Source: Prorocentrum cordatum (lineage: Eukaryota). From it: a DNA stretch of 64,000 bases. A program made the translations under genes and the position numbers. This document shows positions 56,653 to 64,000 of the stretch, piece by piece; the stretch's first letter is position 1, and each line of letters starts with the position of its first letter. The DNA lies in contig CAUYUJ010000003.1 of assembly GCA_963575745.1 (NCBI GenBank), positions 62,001-126,000 on the forward strand, in the 5' to 3' direction. The notes under the pieces were generated by a model that saw only the letters and a program-made list of their open reading frames with translations, did not search any database and was not told where the DNA came from.

Positions 56653-57299
56653 CTCGGGCGAAGAGCAGGAAGAGGCGGAGGAGCATGAGGAGCAGGGCAT
56701 GTACGGAGAGGGACTTCACTGCCTGGCTGGCGCATACTCTGTGCCCTTGCGGGCCCACGGTCTTTTTCAATATCTTCATGCCTCTCTTTTTGTCGCTGCG
56801 CCAGCCAGGTGTTATTATCTTATTCCTTTAGGCCTCGCACTGTCTGTTTTTCACGACGCAACAAACTCTCGCTTAAAATATGGCCAACGTCAAAAACGAG
56901 GACCAGGAGGAGGAGGAGGCGGCGGAGGAGCAGGAGGAGCAGGATGAGGCGGCGGAGGAGCAGTTAGTTGTATGAAGAACGGGTGGTAAGGACGCAAGGC
57001 CCTTGGAAGCCGAAACTGGGATCTTCTGGGCGGCGGGCGACCAGTGGAACCAGCGAAATCCGGGTCGCAGAGGCAAGGACACAATGGTATCCTAGATGAA
57101 GGCGCGCGTCCTTACACTAGGCGCGTTGACTGTATGACATCTCGTTGTGAGAGGAGCAAGAAGAGGAGGCGGAGGAAGAGAAGCAGAAGGAGGATTCTGC
57201 CGTCTCGTCGCTCCCCTCCTCTCCCCCACTCTTAGAAGACGCCCAAGGACACTTTTTTGGGGAGTGGGGGGCTGTGGCTCCCACTCCAGCAACATATCT

Positions 57300-58500
57300 G
57301 GGCGACAACGTCTCCGACTCCTGACTCTGGCTCCTATCCCCCTGCGTTTCCGGCTCCGACTCAAGTATCAGGTCTGGACGACAACGTCGCCGTCTCCGAC
57401 TCCGTCACCTATCCCCGCGACTCCCGCTCCGACTCCAGCACAGGGTCCGATCGGCAGCGTCTCCGACTCCAACTCCTGTCCGCACGATTCCGGCTCCGAC
57501 TCCAGCACTACCCGGACGACATCGTCGCCGTTCCTGACTCCGGCTCGTATCCCCACGACTCCGGCTGCGACTCCAGCACAAGTCTGGCTGACAGCGTCTC
57601 TGGGTTCAGCTGCTATCCACACGACTCCGGCTCCGACTCCTGCACCAGGTCCGGACGACAGTGTCGCCGTCTCCGACTCCGCCTGCACCAGCGCCGACGT
57701 CAGCACCGACTTCAGCACCAACGTCAGCACCTACGTCGGCACCGACGCCAGCGTGTACGGCAGCACTGGCCAGCACCAACGCTGGCGCCTACGCCGCACA
57801 AGCATCGCCACCAACATTGCCGACGTCAGCGCCGACGCCTGCACCGACCTCGGCGCCTCCACCAGTATCTGAGGTACGCCAAGACGCCAACTACAGTGCG
57901 AGGCGCTGTGCCTCCTTGGATTCCCGAGGCGCTGTACCCCCTTGGATTCCCGAGGCGCTGTACCACCTTGAATTCCCGAGGCGCAGTTTACCCTTGATTT
58001 CCGAGGCGATGTACCCCCTTGAATTCCCGACTCTGGTTCATTGCAAGCTTCCCCGCGTGCCGGCGCATTCATTATCCGCCAGCACATCCCTCCGACTTCC
58101 CACCACCAGCTCCACCTACCAACCTCCAGACGCCACCAACCCCAGCACCTACACCAGCGCAGAAGCCAACACCGGCGCCAGCTCCTTCTCGACACATTCG
58201 CCAGCTCCGACACCAGCACCATCGTTGGCAGCAGCGCCTGGGCCTACGACGCCTGCACCAACGCCAGCGCCTGCACCTGACCAGCGCCGACGTCAGCACC
58301 GACTCCAGCACCAACGCCGGCGCCTACGTCAGCACCGACGCCAGCGCGTACGCCAGCACTGACACCAGCACAAACGCCAGCGCCAACGCCGCACAAGCGC
58401 GGGCACAAACATTGCCGACATCAGCACCGACGCCGGCACCAGTCTCGGCGCCTACACCAGCATCTGAGGCATGCCAAGACGCCATCTACAGTGCGAGGCC
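57300..58500. repeat. Intronic ccgactccagcac-type tandem repeats with internal duplication
   Basis: 57685-57900 ~ 58280-58497; the Pro/Thr/Ala-rich translations follow from the repeat. Confidence 0.75.
57899..58030. repeat. 26-bp tandem array, 5 copies
   Basis: cgaggcgctgtacccccttg(g/a)attcc head-to-tail, no spacers. Confidence 0.9.
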
Positions 58501-60149
58501 TGGTCGACAGCGTCTGTGTCTCCGACTCTGGCTCTTATCCCCGCGACCTGAAGGCTGCCTGTCTGTAGTGCGCCTTGTGGCGAGCCTCTCTGGGTATGTT
58601 CTTCTGCTTCCTCTCTCTCCCCCCGTTCTTTGCACGTGCTCCGCTAATTGGAGTTTTCCGATGTTTGCATCTGGGGGCCAGCTGGTTCGCACCCGGCCGC
58701 CCGACCCAGTGAGCCGCACTCTTTGGGGGCCGTTCCTGGCTCGAGCGATCGCTGCGCTCTAGCGGCCTGGTCGGGCGATGGGCGCCACGACCCATTTTTC
58801 ATGTTACCACACATGTCCTTCATTCGACTTGCGTAGCTTTCTGCCCAGTTTTTTCCGCCCCTTCGTCTCCCGTCGTCCTCTCTCTCTCTCTCTCTTCTCC
58901 TCTCTCTTTCGCCGCGTGACTGCACGTGTTCCACTGATGATTTGGGCGTGGGCCGTATCTGGATGCCGCTGCGGGGCAGGCGATCCGCGCTTCTTAATAC
59001 CGTTTCTGGATTTCAATTGGCCTGACGTTCTCGTCTCCCGTCCCCCTGCTACTGTGCGCTGCTTGCCGTGCTCTCCTTCCTTTCTGCTCTGCTGCCTCCT
59101 CTCTCGCTCGCTTCCCTGCCTCTCTCCCTGCTGCTCCTGCCTCTTCCTCTTTCCTCCCTGCCGCCTGCTTCCCTTTCTCTGCTGGTACTGCTGCTGTCCA
59201 TGCGACCCGCTGTCTCTATAAAGCTTTTTCGGAACTATAGCTCCATGGAGTGGAGGTGCGGTTCTTGACGGCTGGGTCTTCCAGTTTTGTCCCTCCCCAG
59301 CTTGATGCATCGGCGACTGCGCTCTTCACATGGCAAGCTAAGGGACCACACGGTTGCCTCTGGCGATGCGTTGAAGGCGCCCAAGGACACGCAAATAAAC
59401 AGGCACGAATCCCATGAGTCCCCATAGTTTCCCATAGTTTCTGGAGCTTCGTGTTCCCCTCCACTTCCCAAATGTTCCAACATTCCTCCTCGGAATCGAC
59501 GATTCATTGTGTCTGTTCTTCTTTCCCCTCCTGGCTCTTCTATTACAGGCTCCTGACCAAGAAACAATCATTGCCCTCCCCAAGCCAAGCCCCCTCCTCG
59601 TGCCCAGGCCAGGGATAGCGGATTTCTTGGATCTGCGCTGGGAGTGGCGACGCGCGGGGAGCACCCAAGGCTTCGGGGGGCCCCTTCCGGGCCCCAGATC
59701 CGGGCCGAAGTCGGTGCGTCCTTCCGAAGCGCCGACCACGCCCCTCCCCCGTCCACCCCACCGGCTTCGGCGGCGAACCTGAAAAGGGGGGGGGACCCTT
59801 CGGGTGCGAGGTGATGGTTTGTTTCCGGAGTTTTCGTGGGGTCCCAGCGGTCTTCTGGCCTCGGGGTGCGTTCCAGCGACTGCGCCTCGCCGAGAGCGCT
59901 CCAGGGTGCCCGGATCGCCCCGAGCGGCCGCCAGAGAGACCCGAGCTGCGACCCGCAAGCCAAACGCGTCGGCGAGCAGAGGGAGGAAGCGAGAAGGTGC
60001 CTCCTCCTCTCAGAGCTCTCTCCACCCTCCTCCTCCTCCTCTGCATCCTCCTCCATGTCTTTTCCTTATAAATAACTTCTCCCTGTCGCACCCCGAAGCC
60101 AATTTTTAGGGCGGGCCGGGCGTTTCGCCTGAGACTTCCTCTATGACCC

Positions 60150-60452
60150 TGAAGCGGGTCGTTTTCAAAATGTGGTTCTCGCCTTAGAGCCGCGTGCATT
60201 CGTTTCAAACAATTGCACGAGTTTCACGGAATAGGGGGCGGGCCGTTTTCAAAATGTGGCTCTCGCCTTAGCGCCGCGTGCATTCTTTCTCAAACAATTG
60301 CAAGAAGTTCGCGGAATAGGGGGCGGAGCGCCGCGTACACTCGCTTTAAACATTCGCAAGAGTTTCACGGACTGAGGGCGGCTCTTTTTCAAAATGTGGC
60401 TCTCGCCTTAGCACCTCAAACATTCGTTTTACAATTCGAAGATGTTCACGGA
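60150..60452. repeat. ~80-bp tandem repeat (ttttcaaaatgtggctctcgccttagcgccgcgtgcatt...)
   Basis: 3-4 copies; diverged relatives flank the LTR element at 37910-38149 and 48529-48595. Confidence 0.8.
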
Positions 60453-60774
60453 TTCCCATGATCAGCGTACCAGAATTTGTTTCTGGAAGGGCTCAAGATT
60501 AGGAGGGCGCAACAGTTACGTTGATCCGCGGTGTTAAAGTCCCAAGAATGGCGTTCTGGCGCTATTCAGGATCGCAAGTACGTAACATTCAGCTTGATCC
60601 GTGGCGTCCGAATCCCGAGAACAATGTTTTGGCATGCTTCTGGGTCTTCAGACGGATGTCTTCCTACGGGGCAGCTCCCTCAGAGGAAATGCACCGTTTT
60701 AGGGGCCTGTGAGGAGGGAGCCTGGAGGGAGGGTCTACTCCAACATTGTTCATGACTCTTGGGCTTACACTGGT

Positions 60775-60905
60775 CCTCCTCCTCCTCCTCATCCCTCTCC
60801 CCCTCCTGCCCCTCCTCCCCCCTCTCCTCCTCCTCCTCTTCCTCCTCCTCCTCCTCCTCCTTCTCCTCCTCTTCCTCCTCCTCCCCCTCCTCCTCCTCCT
60901 CCTTC
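60775..60905. repeat. (CTC)n microsatellite
   Basis: Direct observation. Confidence 0.93.
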
Positions 60906-61140
60906 TTCTCGGGCCTCGGGCCTTCGTGAGAAGTATTCTGAGTCTGCCCCGGATCTGCAGGAAACTCGCTCAGGATGCCAGAGGGCTTCCGGGAAGCCCC
61001 GCCGCCTTCTGAGAGGGCCTGCCCCATCTCGCTTCCCCCCCGGGCGCGCCTCCGAGTGGTGGAAGCTGGCAAGTGTTTAGGTCAACGCCCATTTCATACA
61101 TGATGCCGGGCGCGCGCCACATAGACCGTAATCCGATACA

Positions 61141-61187
<47 letters not shown>

Positions 61188-61836
61188 CAACGTGAATGTG
61201 TTCCGAGACACCGTGGTCAAACACGATGGCGCTATATCGCAAGGTAAGCACTCCTGACATTCCACTCGACCAGTGCAAGTTTCAATCAGAAGGCATGCTG
61301 TGGTACGCCTCTGTCTCCTGGAGACCTTGTGGCGCCGCTGACCTGTTACCAACTTCTCTTGCCACGTTGATGCGTTGAGGCGCTCCCTGTGCCAACGGCG
61401 CCGGGGCTGCGGATCCCACAACAACCAACGGCGCCGGGGCTGGCGTACATGCTGGGAAGGTACCTCATGGCGTGGACTTTCCAGTAGAGGCGGCGTTCTA
61501 GGGAAGGTGATGGACACACCGCACTTACAATTCTCCGAGATCCGGAACCTTCCGCAAGGCTCTGCGAAACAAACCCAGAAGAACCTGCGAAGACCCACAA
61601 GTCTCCCCTTATCGATGGCCCCCTTTCGAGGTTCACCCCTGAGATCCGACGTTGCGATAAAATTGCAACATCAGGAGCACCAGACTCCATCTCTCTGCGT
61701 CATTTTTCGAGCTGGATCGATCTGTGAGGGTCCCGGGGCCCGAAGTTGGGCGAAAACGCCCGGTGTGAAAAAATGCATCGCTACGATCTCAGGGACAACG
61801 CAATATGAGGACGAACGTTTCTCCGCCCCAAGGTGC

Positions 61837-61938
61837 CTCCAGTCACCCGGATGCATCTGCGGGGCGGTGTTGTCGTCGTAGTCGTCCTCCTCTGGGGGCC
61901 ACTCCTCCCTGGGAGGCCTCTGGCCGATCTCGCACTTC
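61837..61938 (-). CDS. CSD/RanBP2-ZnF gene, exon 3 (KCEIGQRPPREEWPPEEDDYDDNTAPQMHPGDW)
   Basis: cAG|G acceptor, 102 nt, phase 2/2, AG|GC donor. Supplies the 4th Cys of finger 1 and the GDW of finger 2. Not in the ORF track. Confidence 0.88.
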
Positions 61939-62261
61939 CTGCCAGGTGGAGGGGTCGGCAGCAGCGGGCGGAGAAGTCCGAAGCAGAGAGGGTCGTCTGT
62001 CTGCTCTGCTTACGACGAAGCCAGGACGAAGATAGCATCTGGGGAAGATAAATCGAGAATCTCGGAGATCCGACGGTTCTGGTCGATGTCGTGGGCGCCG
62101 CCTTCCCAAAGCGTTCCGGATCGCTCCGAGGGCGTTCCGGAACGCTCTAGAACGGATTGATCCCCGTCCCTAGCCCCGTCCAACATCTGTCTGCTTCGCT
62201 GCCCCACGCGTCGAGTGAGATATCATGGGCGGAAGACAACAGCAACAAAAGCAGCACAGTC

Positions 62262-62430
62262 GGACCTAGGCAAGAAAAACATCCCTCAAGAACATGAGAC
62301 CCTCCGCCAGCCAAAACATACAGAACATCCAAAGGTATCCTCCCCCAGGATGCACAAGGACATCCAACCAACAGGAAGAACACTAGGGTACCCTCCCCGA
62401 ACCGACCTCGATCTTACACCTCGGTACGAC
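62262..62430 (+). repeat. ~170-bp dispersed SINE-like repeat, copy 4 (intronic)
   Basis: Same motifs as the 20963 copy; ~25 nt from the exon-2 donor. Confidence 0.85.
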
Positions 62431-62454
62431 TGTAGCAGCAACGGCACCATGCTC

Positions 62455-62687
62455 CTGCATATCTTATTCCGGCCAAAGTTGGTGAACATGCAGTTCTTGC
62501 ACTCCCAGTCTGGCGGGTGCCCTTTTCTCCAATTCCTCTTCCAAGCTTCCTTCTGGGCCAACTTCTTCTCAGATAACTTTTTAGGCCCGATCTGAACCCG
62601 TTTGCCGGAACCAATATAAACCATATTTCTGGCCCGCACGTCGTTGCCCGATTTGCCACCGAGGTAGATCTCGAATTCCACGAGGTC
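62455..62687 (-). CDS. CSD/RanBP2-ZnF gene, exon 2 (end of cold-shock domain + first RanBP2 finger)
   Basis: cAG|G acceptor; DLVEFEI...VRARNM (CSD beta4-5) and DWECKNCMFTNFGRNKIC; 233 nt, AG|GA donor. Confidence 0.88.
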
Positions 62688-63171
62688 CTGTGGATCAAGA
62701 TCGCTGCTCCGACCGCAGCTTGGATGACTCAAACACATGCAAGTTTGGTCCGAGGGAGCCTGAGGCGAAACACACAACCAGGCACCAACACACTAAACAA
62801 AGAAGATGCCTCGCCTGCCCATGCCCACACATTTCAGGACCTTCTCCTCCTCGTTTGGCAAGAGAAAGCGTGCACACATGTCAGTAACACCCTAGGATGA
62901 AACAATCTCAATTCGCTTCGCTCTGCTCAGCAATCTTCTACCACCCCCTAAACGTGCACCCGCCACACGCCCTACCTTGTTATTCCCCGAACGTTCATTC
63001 ACCTTCCCGCGTTTCGATTTGTGCAATTGACCCGAACTGGAAACCGGATGGAAAACAGGATGTAACACAGGGAGTCTGGATGGCTGCTAAGGACATCAAC
63101 GTTCTGTCGATTTGGATCCTTGAAACGGGAAGGATCTCGCGTGCGGCCTCACGCGTAGCATGGGTGCGCGC

Positions 63172-63172
<1 letters not shown>

Positions 63173-63228
<56 letters not shown>

Positions 63229-63252
63229 CGTGCGTGTGTGTGTGTGTGTGTG
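63173..63252. repeat. (GT)n microsatellite
   Basis: Direct observation. Confidence 0.95.
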
Positions 63253-63370
63253 TCTATCTCTATCTGTCTCTCCCCATCCAAGAAGGCGAATCAGATGTGT
63301 GACCTTCGCGCCCGCGTTGCTAACTATTCGCGCAACCGTAGTTTCTTCTTCTCCCGAGTCAGAACGCGTC

Positions 63371-63592
63371 CTCCCGCTCGAATTCGACTTCCGCCATATC
63401 TGGGCTCTCGGTGATGTGGAAGAACACCTGTCCTTTAAAATGCTCAGAGGCGCAGAAGCCCCAGCTCTGCTTCTTCACGAGCTGCCACTGCGACCTCACG
63501 ATGCCCTCTATACGCTGACCAACTAAATCACGTGGTTCTGGTTTCGCAGAGTCAAACTGATCTTCCGTCTCGCCAGATTCCATCTCCATCAC
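63371..63592 (-). CDS. CSD/RanBP2-ZnF gene, exon 1 seen (cold-shock domain N-half)
   Basis: GIVRS...SWGFC (RNP1-like), QVFFHITE (RNP2-like); GAG|GA donor. The 5' boundary is uncertain (AG|G at 63592 or ATG at 63589). Confidence 0.82.
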
Positions 63593-64000
63593 CTCCAGGA
63601 CCAATCGGTATAGGCTATCCTTCTGAACTTCCCCACGTCATCACCCGATGCCGTACCGCTACCACCCCCGTCCGAATGTCCCTGCTTCCTCCGCTTCTCG
63701 TCCTTCGTTCGGGGAAGCATCGACCTCTCGTTCGCTCGTCTACACCTGCAGTTACAACACATCTGCCACCGTGCTACAAGATTGAACGAACGTTTTTATC
63801 CTGAAGTTCTGAATCCTCCTCAAGGTTAGCATGCTCGAAGGTCTCATACCCCCATTTCCACTCTTTCCTAGGGACGCTCCCGCGCACCTGGGAAATTCCG
63901 CGATGTCATGGGAGGGTGGTTCGAAATCTGGCACGCCCTTAGATGGCCCGAGCTCCGTCCTGAGGCGGCGGCGTGAATGGCAATGTGTGTTCCGCAAGTT

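Noticed and set aside
56998..57091. Additional exon of the CSD gene (ctAG|G...AAG|G)
   Set aside because: It would interrupt the GDWR|C junction that builds zinc finger 2, and no frame is convincingly protein-like
57899..58030. 26-bp repeats as CRISPR array
   Set aside because: Head-to-tail with no spacers
57147..58762. Pro/Thr-rich 'TPAPTPA' surface-protein gene on + strand
   Set aside because: Repeat-derived, frames switch repeatedly, and it lies antisense inside the CSD-gene intron; no other domain seen

Overview
GC-rich, repeat-dominated eukaryotic DNA, almost certainly from a dinoflagellate. Evidence: near-perfect copies of the 22-nt dinoflagellate spliced leader (DinoSL), and GA/GC/GT-AG introns with mostly AG|G junctions. 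Most long ORFs in the track are artefacts of microsatellites or antisense shadows. Main content: (1) A full-length but decayed 10.4-kb Ty1/copia-order LTR retrotransposon on the minus strand (38150-48528; gag-PR-[nested overprinted ORF]-C5 DNA methyltransferase-IN-RT-RH). Each of its LTRs contains a DinoSL copy in the element's sense orientation. (2) A compact 3.1-kb tyrosine-recombinase (Ngaro/PAT-type) element with an A1...B1-A2-B2 split-direct-repeat layout and no visible RT. (3) Two decayed LINEs. (4) A decayed transposase-like gene plus a neighbouring decayed ORF preceded by an SL relic. (5) A spliced host gene on the minus strand encoding a cold-shock domain plus two RanBP2-type zinc fingers, with four exons reconstructed. 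(6) A tentative second minus-strand host gene with five small phase-0 exons. (7) Many satellites and dispersed repeats. Across the different TEs, inactivating changes at conserved residues are very often T>C/A>G. All alignments and translations were done by eye; no database searches were run.
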